From a virus (lineage: Duplodnaviria > Caudoviricetes), in IMG/VR virus record IMGVR_UViG_3300021957_000032, positions 1-61,826 of that record: a DNA stretch of 61,826 bases; one strand, written 5' to 3'. This document shows positions 18,754 through 27,071 of the stretch, in pieces. Both the position numbers and the translations under genes were made by a program. The notes beneath the pieces were generated by a model. The model ran no database searches and had not been told where the DNA came from. It saw only the letters and a list, made by a program, of their open reading frames with translations. Within the stretch, counting starts at the first letter, position 1. Each line of letters starts with the position of its first letter.

Positions 18754-18849
18754 GTCGATTTTGTTTTACTATATACTCTTTTATATAATTATATTAAATT
18801 TATTTTGATTTGCCATATCTAAGGAAAATAATTGACATTTCCGACATTC
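18752..18849. promoter_or_regulatory. ATGTCG / AT-rich / CGACAT element at the primase start (small copy of the 30.3 kb iteron site)
   Basis: ATGTCGATTTTG 18752-18763 equals 30325-30336; CGACATTC 18842-18849 equals 30482-30489. Confidence 0.55.
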
Positions 18850-18859
18850 ATAATTGAAA

Positions 18860-18889
18860 AGAAAAGGGGCTTTTAGACCCCTAATCCTT
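18860..18889 (-). terminator. Intrinsic terminator after the SSB-like gene
   Basis: Minus strand AGGGGTCTAAAAGCCCCTTTTCTTTT. Confidence 0.65.
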
Positions 18890-18903
18890 ATCAACATGGT
18901 TAG

Positions 18904-19179
18904 TTAAAATGGTAAATCTGCCTCTTGAACAGGTGCTTGGTTTGGAGCTGTGTCCACGCCATTAGTCTGTTTCTTAGGGACAAACGTATCAAGTTCAATG
19001 TATGGCTTACCCCCCTTGCTATTCAGCACGTTGAGGTTTACCCATCCATTTTTTTGATTGTTATTTAAAAACGCAACTGCTTCTTCAACTTTTACGCTGA
19101 TGTTACCAATTACGAACTCTGGTGCGTTCTCTCTTCTCTTGAAAAGAAATCCGTCTGCAAATACTTTGTCTTGTGACAT
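18904..19179 (-). CDS. Putative single-stranded DNA-binding protein
   Basis: 91 aa with a flexible C-terminus ending DLPF; follows the Sak/RecE-like genes. Confidence 0.6.
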   Translation of the reverse strand: MSQDKVFADGFLFKRRENAPEFVIGNISVKVEEAVAFLNNNQKNGWVNLNVLNSKGGKPYIELDTFVPKKQTNGVDTAPNQAPVQEADLPF

Positions 19180-19197
19180 ATTAATAGTATTAATGTT

Positions 19198-19229
19198 GAG
19201 CGCTGAGTTGGAGCAACGCCTCTGACTCC
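19198..19229 (-). promoter_or_regulatory. H-type RNA pseudoknot in the SSB mRNA leader
   Basis: GGAG-tca-GAGGCGTTG-CTCC-aact-CAGCGCTC: S1 GGAG/CTCC, S2 GAG(G)CGTTG/CAGCGCTC. Confidence 0.5.
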
Positions 19230-19234
19230 TTTAT

Positions 19235-19248
19235 GATGAGTGTGAACA
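19235..19248 (+). repeat. 14-bp motif GATGAGTGTGAACA, copy 3 (intergenic)
   Basis: Exact match. Confidence 0.9.
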
Positions 19249-19250
19249 AT

Positions 19251-19988
19251 TTAAAATTCTTCACGCTCTATGTACTGTGTAATGTCTTCTGCTGAGTCTT
19301 CAGCAAAGAAGGTCTTGTATACCTCAATAGCTTTCAACACCTTCTCTCTACCTCTTAGTATAGTCTCAGGAGATGGCTTAGCTATCTTAAGTTTCAATGT
19401 AGTTTTATCTATAATGTAAAACTCTACAGGCTTACCGAACAGCTGCTCATAGATATATGCTTGGCTGTCGTAGTTGTAGTCGTTAGCACTCCACTTAAAC
19501 TTATCGGCATTTCCTGATGTCTTAATGTCAATTACCTTATTATCTGTAACGATATCTGCCTTACCTTTCCATTCCATACCAAAGATGGTAGCAATAGCAG
19601 GTTTCTCATACTCGTTACCTTCTGCGTATATGTCTGTATACATTTCAAAGTTAGACTTCATAGCATCAACCCACGTGTTAATCTTCTCTACTTCTTTTGT
19701 AAGCAGTACATCGTATGGATCTAGGTTATTGTCATTAATGTATTCTTTAAAACCTTTAGTGGCCCTACTAGATACATCCATTATACTATATGTATCTAAC
19801 TTCTCTGGCTCTAACATAGCCGTATGAAAATAGCCACCCTCTAGTAAGGGTAGGCTTTTTTCTTTGTGTCTGAATTTTCTAGGGTTTTTAAGTAAGCTAT
19901 AAATATCTGAGTTAGATAAATACTGCTGACCAACCTTACCATAGTAATTACTATCGTCTTTGAGTTGTTCTATAATATTATTTTGCAT
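19251..19988 (-). CDS. RecE/exonuclease VIII-like PD-(D/E)XK exonuclease (DUF3799-like)
   Basis: LSNSDI, G.YFHTAMLEP, KGKADI, IDIKT, Y..QAYIY. Confidence 0.8.
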   Translation of the reverse strand: MQNNIIEQLKDDSNYYGKVGQQYLSNSDIYSLLKNPRKFRHKEKSLPLLEGGYFHTAMLEPEKLDTYSIMDVSSRATKGFKEYINDNNLDPYDVLLTKEVEKINTWVDAMKSNFEMYTDIYAEGNEYEKPAIATIFGMEWKGKADIVTDNKVIDIKTSGNADKFKWSANDYNYDSQAYIYEQLFGKPVEFYIIDKTTLKLKIAKPSPETILRGREKVLKAIEVYKTFFAEDSAEDITQYIEREEF

Positions 19989-20574
19989 AAGTCGAAAGGT
20001 CTTTTTTGATTGCTACTGATAACGTAAACTTCTGCTCTACCTTAGCTATTGTAGAAGCAAATGGTTCGTTCTTATTGGACTTAACAAAGTTCACTACATC
20101 ATTCCACTTAGCGTGTGTCTTTTTTAATGTAGGTTTCTTTGCTGAGGTTGTCACTTTCTTTGGTGCAGTCTCACTAATGTCAGCTAAGTCTTCACCTGCC
20201 CATAATGACAACCCTAATCCATGCATAGCAATAGCCTTTACGGTACTACGTTGAATAGTTTTGTTAACTGCAAACGAAGAAATCTTATCTACACTTAACG
20301 ATTGATTGTTATGTCCCATAATAGGTAAGTAGTCAATGTGTTCAACGTCATTGATTGTTATACCTACCTTTACATAACCTGTATTGCCATCTGTAAAGTA
20401 ATTAAGACCTGTGTGGTCTGACTCATATACTGTTCGGTTGGCGCTAGGATATTTATCCTTGACGATTGCCCAGGCATAAGCCCAAGACAAGTAGTCAAAT
20501 CTTCCCTTCTTTTCTACCTTGTCCTTTACATTGATTGATGTAAGTTCCTTGAATGTTGATTGTGTGTTTCCCAT
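19978..20574 (-). CDS. Sak/Rad52-like single-strand annealing protein (DUF1071)
   Basis: YLSWAYAW, INDVEH..YLPIM, NKTIQRSTVKAIAMHGLGL. Confidence 0.8.
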   Translation of the reverse strand: MGNTQSTFKELTSINVKDKVEKKGRFDYLSWAYAWAIVKDKYPSANRTVYESDHTGLNYFTDGNTGYVKVGITINDVEHIDYLPIMGHNNQSLSVDKISSFAVNKTIQRSTVKAIAMHGLGLSLWAGEDLADISETAPKKVTTSAKKPTLKKTHAKWNDVVNFVKSNKNEPFASTIAKVEQKFTLSVAIKKDLSTYAK

Positions 20575-20580
20575 GTTTAC

Positions 20581-20958
20581 TTATTTTAAATTACTAAATT
20601 TATTAATTAATGTTTCTCTTTTTAATTTTAAGGAATCGTAATGTTTCTTATTATTCCTAGTGTTAATCTCTGTCTTTATCTTTTTATTAATCAAATCAAT
20701 CTTACCTTCATACTGTTTCTTTACTACAGCGTGAACGCCTTCTTTGAATCCAAGTTCATGGAACATAAGGTATTGACTATCGTTCATTTCGTGATACGCA
20801 TATCTAGCATTTGATGTGGTAAATATTTTAATATCATTCTCAACTTTAGTAATCTTAATACCTCTGTACATATAAGCTTCCTCACTATGGTAGCTCATAT
20901 TACAAGCTTTATTTAATTCAGTTGCTTCGTTCCATATTTCTTGAATACTGTAACTCAT
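20581..20958 (-). CDS. Hypothetical protein
   Basis: 125-aa ORF in the operon. Confidence 0.65.
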   Translation of the reverse strand: MSYSIQEIWNEATELNKACNMSYHSEEAYMYRGIKITKVENDIKIFTTSNARYAYHEMNDSQYLMFHELGFKEGVHAVVKKQYEGKIDLINKKIKTEINTRNNKKHYDSLKLKRETLINKFSNLK

Positions 20959-21260
20959 ACTTCGCTATGATTATATTTTTGAATAGTGTTAGATATAAAC
21001 TCCTGAACATCAGGATCGGACTCAGTATTTATTTTACTTATTCCGTATTCGATTGTTTGTCTTGAAGTTGTATAACCTCTCTCTGACATAAGGTCTGAGA
21101 TTTGAAGTATATTCATAGGCCTTTGATAGCACATTGAATACAATATAAATCTTGCAGAAGATATCTTACTTGCCTTGCTCTTCTTGAACAAATCTTTTTC
21201 AGATATACCTACCTCCTTACATAAGAGCTTTACATACTTATTAAATATTCCTCTTTTCAT
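20955..21260 (-). CDS. Second DnaA domain IV-like HTH protein
   Basis: Likely start ATG 21260 (MKRGIF); ISSARFILYSMC...ISDLM...SRQTIEYGISKI. Confidence 0.5.
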   Translation of the reverse strand: MKRGIFNKYVKLLCKEVGISEKDLFKKSKASKISSARFILYSMCYQRPMNILQISDLMSERGYTTSRQTIEYGISKINTESDPDVQEFISNTIQKYNHSEV

Positions 21261-21489
21261 TTTTAGATTTTGATAGATTAAACTTAGTTTTTTTAGATTT
21301 TGATAGATTGAACTTAGTTTCTTCAGCACCTCCAAATATCTCACCCCACGCTGTGAATATTTCATTCAATACTAAGCGCTGTTGGTTATGATAATACTCA
21401 GCTACCTGGTATTCATCGTCAATAAATGATGCTAATGTTTCTGATTTCTGTTCACGTTCTCGGTTGAACATTTCTTTTGATTTTCCCAT
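21241..21489 (-). CDS. Hypothetical protein
   Basis: 82 aa with TKFNLSKSK duplicated at the C-terminus. Confidence 0.6.
   Translation of the reverse strand: MGKSKEMFNREREQKSETLASFIDDEYQVAEYYHNQQRLVLNEIFTAWGEIFGGAEETKFNLSKSKKTKFNLSKSKNEKRNI
21261..21320. repeat. 30-bp tandem duplication
   Basis: TTTTAGATTTTGATAGATTRAACTTAGTTT twice, one mismatch. Confidence 0.95.
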
Positions 21490-21513
21490 TGTAATTAAAT
21501 TATATTGTGTTTG

Positions 21514-21544
21514 TAAAAATAATAATAATTTGTTTATTATGCAA
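21514..21544 (-). promoter_or_regulatory. Possible Bacteroidota-type promoter for the replication operon
   Basis: Minus strand TTG-20nt-TATTTTTA (one deviation from TAnnTTTG), intergenic. Confidence 0.4.
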
Positions 21545-21557
21545 CTTTTTTTTGTTT

Positions 21558-22163
21558 TTAATGAAAAACTAATCCTACTTTATTAGTGTCATTGAACCAC
21601 TTAGTTGCGTAAAGGTCTGTGTCTGAAGCGTCTACATAACCTGCCTCGTGTAAATTATCTTTAGTGTCAAAGATCTGTGTGTGTCTGTCAACTGACTTGT
21701 CTATCAAGTGCTTCTGTTTACCTGAGTCACTAAATATTATGTCATAATTATTTGGAAGCTCAGCCTTGTGCATCATGTCTACCATATTAGTATAGCTATA
21801 GAACCTAACCTCTGGGTTGTCCTTAGCAATTGTAATCCACTTGGCTAGATAGCTACGTGAATAGTAGTCACCACTATCGTGTACCCTAACATAATCAGGG
21901 CGTTTCTTTTTTATCTCTGCATTCATTGCATCAATAAACTCTAGTGTCTTACTTAGTTGGTATCTCTTTTCAAATGCAGGCTGCACATTACTCCATACAT
22001 ATGCACCCTTCTTGGCATAACAGAACTTGACACACTCGTCAGCCATAGGGCATGTAAGCTTCCCACTCGCTGACTTGTATGCAGGTATTCCAAAATTAAA
22101 AACCCTCAAACTGAGGGCTTTACTTGTCTTCTTTAACTTGCTGTTTTGTGTTAGTAAATTCAT
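21558..22163 (-). CDS. Gp88-like Cys-motif protein
   Basis: LLTQNSKLKK, CPMADECVKFCYA, RVHDSGD, FYSYT. Confidence 0.65.
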   Translation of the reverse strand: MNLLTQNSKLKKTSKALSLRVFNFGIPAYKSASGKLTCPMADECVKFCYAKKGAYVWSNVQPAFEKRYQLSKTLEFIDAMNAEIKKKRPDYVRVHDSGDYYSRSYLAKWITIAKDNPEVRFYSYTNMVDMMHKAELPNNYDIIFSDSGKQKHLIDKSVDRHTQIFDTKDNLHEAGYVDASDTDLYATKWFNDTNKVGLVFH

Positions 22164-23200
22164 ATCTCTAGGTTTTTTAATATGTGTTCGATTACTTTAA
22201 CTGTCCAACCATTACCCAACATCTTATATCGTTGTGCGTTTGACACTCCTTCTGTATAATTATCAGGTACAGTTTGAAGTCTCTCACATTCTATAGGCGT
22301 GAGCTTCCTCCAATTGTATTTCTCATTGATGATACCTTGATTGGGTGAGATAGTGGTGAGGCAATGTGCTTTCTCTGTCAATGCCCTACCTCTTCTAGTT
22401 GTGCTAGTGGGATAAGATAAGTCTAGACCTTCTCCAATACCTACGGCAGCGTAACCTTTCTTTGTGGCTTCAGGGAAGCATACCTTGTCTTCTATCCTAA
22501 TCATAGTACGTTGACTTCTTTCTATGCTGTTCCACCATACAGCACCATCGTATCGTGCTGTAAGACAATACGCTTTGCCTTTGTTGGTTACCATTCTCTC
22601 ATCAACAATAGAACCTTCAAGCTCTCCTTCTGTTTGAATAATATCTTTCAATATTATGTGTTGATTGATTGGCTCAAAGAGGTAAGGTATATTTGTCCAA
22701 TAGTATCTCTTCCTGGTTTGTGCAGATACAAGTGCTGAGTCTATGTATATCGCTTCAACACCTAACACATTTGATATAGTATCTCTGTGTTCCTTTGTCA
22801 TCTTTACATTCTCTAACATAAAGTACTTAGGTTTACACTCCTTTATTAACCTAACAAACTCAAAGAATAACTTACTCCTTGGGTCATCAAAGTTTAGGTT
22901 CTTACCTGCTCTACTAAATCCTTGGCAGGGGCTACCACCTATGATAAGATCAATCTGTCTCGACTTAGGAATATCTTGTATATATCCTGAGTCTTTCTCT
23001 ACTACTAAGCAGCCTCTATAATCAGAGTAACTTACTTTGGTAACGTCCCCAACATGAATCATGTCAGGGAAGTTTTTCTTTGCTATCTTTATAGCATACT
23101 TGTCAATCTCTGATGCATAGTAGTTGTCTACTTTTACACCAAGATTCTTGAGGGCTATCTGTCCACAGGACATGCCATCGAATAATGATAGTACATTCAT
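22160..23200 (-). CDS. DNA (cytosine-5)-methyltransferase
   Basis: LSLFDG, GGSPCQ, LENV, Q.R.RYYW, LTPIECERLQT, LGNGW. Confidence 0.92.
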   Translation of the reverse strand: MNVLSLFDGMSCGQIALKNLGVKVDNYYASEIDKYAIKIAKKNFPDMIHVGDVTKVSYSDYRGCLVVEKDSGYIQDIPKSRQIDLIIGGSPCQGFSRAGKNLNFDDPRSKLFFEFVRLIKECKPKYFMLENVKMTKEHRDTISNVLGVEAIYIDSALVSAQTRKRYYWTNIPYLFEPINQHIILKDIIQTEGELEGSIVDERMVTNKGKAYCLTARYDGAVWWNSIERSQRTMIRIEDKVCFPEATKKGYAAVGIGEGLDLSYPTSTTRRGRALTEKAHCLTTISPNQGIINEKYNWRKLTPIECERLQTVPDNYTEGVSNAQRYKMLGNGWTVKVIEHILKNLEI

Positions 23201-23428
23201 ATTAATTTGATTTATTTATGATTTGAAATCCTAGTTCAACAAAAGGTTCGTCACTATCTAAACCACCAGTATATATTTCCCCAACGAATCTAACATCTAA
23301 ATCATTCTTATCCCCATCATCTTCGCTCCCATCATTAGGGATTAGTTTCAATAACACCTCGGTTTTATTGTTCTCGTACTTCTCCAATACTCTAATCAGT
23401 TTTTTAACATTCATATTAATTTGATTTA
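23193..23428. repeat. 22-bp direct repeats flanking gene 23202-23414
   Basis: ACATTCATATTAATTTGATTTA at 23193-23214 and 23407-23428. Confidence 0.85.
23202..23414 (-). CDS. Hypothetical protein
   Basis: 70-aa ORF. Confidence 0.6.
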   Translation of the reverse strand: MNVKKLIRVLEKYENNKTEVLLKLIPNDGSEDDGDKNDLDVRFVGEIYTGGLDSDEPFVELGFQIINKSN

Positions 23429-24075
23429 ATTATATCTTTAACTGCTTCTTCAAAGTTGTCGCCTAAATACTCTTGAAGGTTTGCATCTAGATAATATCCT
23501 TTTAGATGTATTCCCTCAGCATTTGTATATTTGTTTGGAAGAAAATATATCTCATCATTATCTGTGTCCTCCCAATCTGGTAAGTCCCATTCAAGTGAAT
23601 AAGTTTCTTCTCCATTATCAAACTCAAACTCTGCACCCCAACCTTGTTCCTCTTCAAAATAATAACTGAAAGTTGGTATGTCTTTGACAAAATGCTCTAA
23701 GATGATTTCTTCATCAATCGGCCCCCATGCTGAGGTAAATCTGTACGTTCCGTCATCGTACTCATTTTCATAGCAACCCCACTTTGTACCCCAATTCTTG
23801 TAAGCCCAATCATACCAATTGTCATACCCATATCTATCTAGCAGGTATTCTCTTCTGTCTTTTGTGATTGGATAGGACTTATACTTGGCTGTCTCGTTTA
23901 GTTTCATCTGCTTTGCGTATTCCTGCTCGCTCACTACTCTGCATGGACTAGTGGTCTGTATTAGTTCTTCAGGCATTGGCCTGTAGTATCGACATAGCCC
24001 TACTTTGGCTATCTCTTCTAACTTTTTCTCGTATTTTTCTTCTACTGTAATCTGTGCGTAACAATGATTCGGCAT
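23416..24075 (-). CDS. DUF1281 / YubB ferredoxin-like domain protein
   Basis: MPNHC, PMPEEL, WYDW...NWGTKW, F.SAWGP, YFEEE. Confidence 0.7.
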   Translation of the reverse strand: MPNHCYAQITVEEKYEKKLEEIAKVGLCRYYRPMPEELIQTTSPCRVVSEQEYAKQMKLNETAKYKSYPITKDRREYLLDRYGYDNWYDWAYKNWGTKWGCYENEYDDGTYRFTSAWGPIDEEIILEHFVKDIPTFSYYFEEEQGWGAEFEFDNGEETYSLEWDLPDWEDTDNDEIYFLPNKYTNAEGIHLKGYYLDANLQEYLGDNFEEAVKDIIKSN

Positions 24076-24087
24076 AATATATTAAAT

Positions 24088-24261
24088 TTAAAGTTACCTC
24101 CTTGGAGGGGCGTCTTTCCGTCCTGTCAGTCTTATTGTAATTTGTGTATGATTAAACCCTTTTCTCATAGGCGTGAGTCTACACTTTAACTGTTAAGCAT
24201 TACAACGGCCTACATTAGCGACAACTAAGGATTATTATATGACTCACTTCAATAACTTTAA
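24088..24261 (-). ncRNA. Candidate structured leader or sRNA
   Basis: ~200-nt intergenic gap closed by a 9-bp helix TTAAAGTTA/TAACTTTAA; internal GTGAGTC/GACTCAC and CCTC-CAAG-GAGG. Confidence 0.45.
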
Positions 24262-24275
24262 GATGAGTGTGAACA
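24262..24275 (+). repeat. 14-bp motif GATGAGTGTGAACA, copy 4 (intergenic)
   Basis: Exact match. Confidence 0.9.
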
Positions 24276-24278
24276 ATA

Positions 24279-24551
24279 TTATTCATTGTTCAACTCATCA
24301 TACGTAGAGGTAATCTCTTCTATTATACCTCTACCTGTTCGTGTATGAAAACCATAGCTATGCAAGTATAACCCCTGCACAGGCTCATTCTCTATAAGAA
24401 AATGAAACATATCTGTAGGGTCTACGTTATGCTCCTTTGCTACTATTTCGCATGCTCTCTTTAATGAATGGCAGTCATGTCTTGACTCACCATACGTGTC
24501 AATCAGGTATGCCAGGATACCTGATGTTGACCAATTTTCTACTCTTGCCAT
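24279..24551 (-). CDS. Hypothetical early protein
   Basis: Likely start ATG 24551 (MARVENW), which avoids overlap with the upstream gene. Confidence 0.6.
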   Translation of the reverse strand: MARVENWSTSGILAYLIDTYGESRHDCHSLKRACEIVAKEHNVDPTDMFHFLIENEPVQGLYLHSYGFHTRTGRGIIEEITSTYDELNNE

Positions 24552-24561
24552 AGTGTTTAGT

Positions 24562-24831
24562 TTAACAGGCTGCCCACCCAATGAATACATAATGTGTATC
24601 TGTCTCGTAATACACACACTCTCTCTTGTCTACATTGTCCAATGCCTCATCATAAGCATCGTCATCTTTAGGCTCGGATATCTTACCTTCTAATGAACAC
24701 GTGGTAATTGTGCCATTGTACGGATCGTGTCCGTACTCATACGACTCCTCTTCTCTTAAGGATTGGTATGCTTCTCTTGCTGATTTGTACTGCTTTTTAC
24801 TCGCTTGGTAATGAATGTTTGTTGCTCCCAT
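24562..24831 (-). CDS. Hypothetical early protein
   Basis: 89 aa, MGAT...YEYGHDPYNGTI...FIGWAAC. Confidence 0.7.
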   Translation of the reverse strand: MGATNIHYQASKKQYKSAREAYQSLREEESYEYGHDPYNGTITTCSLEGKISEPKDDDAYDEALDNVDKRECVYYETDTHYVFIGWAAC

Positions 24832-25318
24832 AATTTAATTGTGTTTATTTATTATTATTATATTCAAATCCTTTTTCTGTTAGTGTTTCCATTATGTCTT
24901 CAATAATCTCGTCTTTCATTATATCATATAGAGCTGTCAATGCATCTTCAACGTATTGTACCTCTATGTCATCAACATATATGGTATCAATATGAGTCTC
25001 TTGCATTGCCTCCATCAATACATCTGATAAACTGTGGTCGTAGTAATGTACGTCTGAACCTACATCTATATCATTATTAGGTTCGTGTGCTATCCATACC
25101 TCGTACCCATCTGCTGTGTCTTGTTGGTAGATAACAAAGTCACGTCTGTATGCATCGTCATCTACTAATTCAAATCCGAAATGAACCTGAAGTTGTGCAT
25201 ATCCTTTATCAGGGTTGTCATAATAGTCAGCCAACACATCTCTGTTGAATAACTCCTGTGAGATTATCTCTTCGGTAATTTCTTTTACTTGTTTTCCCAT
25301 AATTTAATTGTGTTTATT
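24826..25318. repeat. 24-bp direct repeats flanking gene 24845-25300
   Basis: TCCCATAATTTAATTGTGTTTATT at 24826-24849 and 25295-25318. Confidence 0.85.
24845..25300 (-). CDS. Highly acidic hypothetical early protein
   Basis: 151 aa, D/E-rich. Confidence 0.7.
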   Translation of the reverse strand: MGKQVKEITEEIISQELFNRDVLADYYDNPDKGYAQLQVHFGFELVDDDAYRRDFVIYQQDTADGYEVWIAHEPNNDIDVGSDVHYYDHSLSDVLMEAMQETHIDTIYVDDIEVQYVEDALTALYDIMKDEIIEDIMETLTEKGFEYNNNK

Positions 25319-25481
25319 GTTTATTAACTCTATGTTTTTTTACATCTTTTAATGCTTGCATTACATTATCTCTTTCTGTTTCAGAAGATAACGCACAGTT
25401 TATAAGCCACTCTATTTCTTCCCATGGATTAGAGCATTCTTCTCTGAACCATGCGTAATAAGTATCTATTAATTCCTCCAT
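25314..25481 (-). CDS. Small hypothetical protein (55 aa, below the ORF-track cutoff)
   Basis: MEELIDTYYAWFREEC...KHRVNKQ; fills the gap between genes. Confidence 0.6.
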   Translation of the reverse strand: MEELIDTYYAWFREECSNPWEEIEWLINCALSSETERDNVMQALKDVKKHRVNKQ

Positions 25482-25501
25482 AACTCTATTTATTTAATTG
25501 T

Positions 25502-25768
25502 TTATAAATGTCCTCCTATTCCCCACTCTTCGCATTCGTATCTCCACTCATGCTCTGCTTCTGAGTCCTCGTGTCCAGGGTGGTCGTATAATCCTGTCCC
25601 AAGAATAAACTCTGTTTCGTTTAGCTTGTGGTCTATGTCTTCTATCCACTGATCTTCAATAGATAGTATGTATTCATCAATCTTGTCTTCTTCAATAGTG
25701 TCAGGGATTTCTATCTCCAACTCTACAAACTTGTGGTATACACTACGTTGTTCGATTTTTACTTTCAT
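25502..25768 (-). CDS. Acidic hypothetical early protein
   Basis: 88-aa ORF. Confidence 0.65.
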   Translation of the reverse strand: MKVKIEQRSVYHKFVELEIEIPDTIEEDKIDEYILSIEDQWIEDIDHKLNETEFILGTGLYDHPGHEDSEAEHEWRYECEEWGIGGHL

Positions 25769-25787
25769 TATTTATTTATTTAATTGA

Positions 25788-25985
25788 TTAGTATCTACTT
25801 GCTTCGCTATTCCAAAATAAACTTTTTAGTACTGCCTCTTCTTTTCTTGACAATACTCTAGTGTCAGGGTCTCCCTTTATTTGTAAGTGAGATGACCAAT
25901 GTGTCCTTGATACTTCATAGGTGTCCTTGTCATCTACTATTACTAATAAAGTTCCTTGCATTGTGTGTGTGTGGGTTACTTTCAT
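25788..25985 (-). CDS. Hypothetical early protein
   Basis: 65-aa ORF. Confidence 0.6.
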   Translation of the reverse strand: MKVTHTHTMQGTLLVIVDDKDTYEVSRTHWSSHLQIKGDPDTRVLSRKEEAVLKSLFWNSEASRY

Positions 25986-25988
25986 AAT

Positions 25989-26216
25989 TTAATTATTTTC
26001 TCTTGCGTATTCTATTACTTGCTGATATACTTTGTCCTCTACAAAATCCCAAAAGAAATCTGTAATGTCCATTCCATTTAAGTCTACGGATTCAATCTCC
26101 ATATCCTCTGCAGGTGGAAGCTCGTATGAACCTGATGTGTAGTAATATGAGTAGTCTATACTCATCTCGTAATGGTCTTCACTAATTGTGTACGTACCTT
26201 TGCTATTTATATTCAT
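25989..26216 (-). CDS. Acidic hypothetical early protein
   Basis: 75-aa ORF. Confidence 0.65.
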   Translation of the reverse strand: MNINSKGTYTISEDHYEMSIDYSYYYTSGSYELPPAEDMEIESVDLNGMDITDFFWDFVEDKVYQQVIEYARENN

Positions 26217-26220
26217 CTGT

Positions 26221-26370
26221 TTAGTATTTATATTTAATATCGCTTATCTCTCTAACTATAATCTCATAAGAATGGTCGCAATACATTATTGCCCATTGCT
26301 TTGCATCGTCTAAGGTTTTTGCTAGTATGAATGTTACTTCATCTGCATTGTATATCATGAACTTACTCAT
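26221..26370 (-). CDS. Small hypothetical protein (49 aa, below the ORF-track cutoff)
   Basis: MSKFMIYNADEV...DIKYKY; fills the gap between genes. Confidence 0.6.
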   Translation of the reverse strand: MSKFMIYNADEVTFILAKTLDDAKQWAIMYCDHSYEIIVREISDIKYKY

Positions 26371-26372
26371 AT

Positions 26373-26576
26373 CTATTTATTTAATTGATTAATATTCATC
26401 TCTTCAATCTCCCACACAAAATTATCATGAGGATTGGTTATAATTATTTCGTTCCATGTTGATTCAGCCTTGGCTTTCTGTAGCTTCTCCATGCTATCAA
26501 ACACACCAATTATCTCAGTCGATGGAATTAACCCCCATACCTCCTGAGTTCGTTCAAGTTTTAATAAGTATATCAT
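26373..26576 (-). CDS. Hypothetical early protein
   Basis: 67-aa ORF, ATGA overlap with the upstream gene. Confidence 0.6.
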   Translation of the reverse strand: MIYLLKLERTQEVWGLIPSTEIIGVFDSMEKLQKAKAESTWNEIIITNPHDNFVWEIEEMNINQLNK

Positions 26577-26815
26577 ATCGTATAGATTGTATGTTCATCA
26601 TTTCCACCTCCAATGAATGCTGCACCCCCATCGTTACCCTCATCATCTGATTGTAATACTAGGTATGTTCCATCTGTAAACATTATTGCTAGTGGTCTTT
26701 TGTACCAACCAAATGCATCTGCCTCTTCTCTATTCATGTATCTGCAAGAGTCTATCTTCTTTCCTTTTAAGATTTTCTCAAATTTTAGTCCGTGTTTTTC
26801 GTCTGTTGTTCTCAT
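26573..26815 (-). CDS. Hypothetical early protein
   Basis: 80 aa, LKGKKI...DDEGNDGGA. Confidence 0.7.
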   Translation of the reverse strand: MRTTDEKHGLKFEKILKGKKIDSCRYMNREEADAFGWYKRPLAIMFTDGTYLVLQSDDEGNDGGAAFIGGGNDEHTIYTI

Positions 26816-27069
26816 AATTTCTCTAGTGGTTTTATGTATTGATTATTATATTCTTCTCTCTCTTTCCACAACCTGTCTTCCAGTTCTAGGTTTTCATCTG
26901 CAAAATGACACGCTTGATTGTATTCATTGGCGTGTTGTTCTGCAATGTAATCAGCGAATGATTCAAACCATTCTAATTTGTCGTCTGTTCCCCTTAGCTT
27001 TGCCTCCAACTTTTTGATGTGTTTTTGCATCGCTTGAATTCTGTGGTAATTGAAATTGTCTGCTGTCAT
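26812..27069 (-). CDS. Hypothetical early protein
   Basis: 85-aa ORF. Confidence 0.65.
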   Translation of the reverse strand: MTADNFNYHRIQAMQKHIKKLEAKLRGTDDKLEWFESFADYIAEQHANEYNQACHFADENLELEDRLWKEREEYNNQYIKPLEKL

Positions 27070-27071
27070 TT

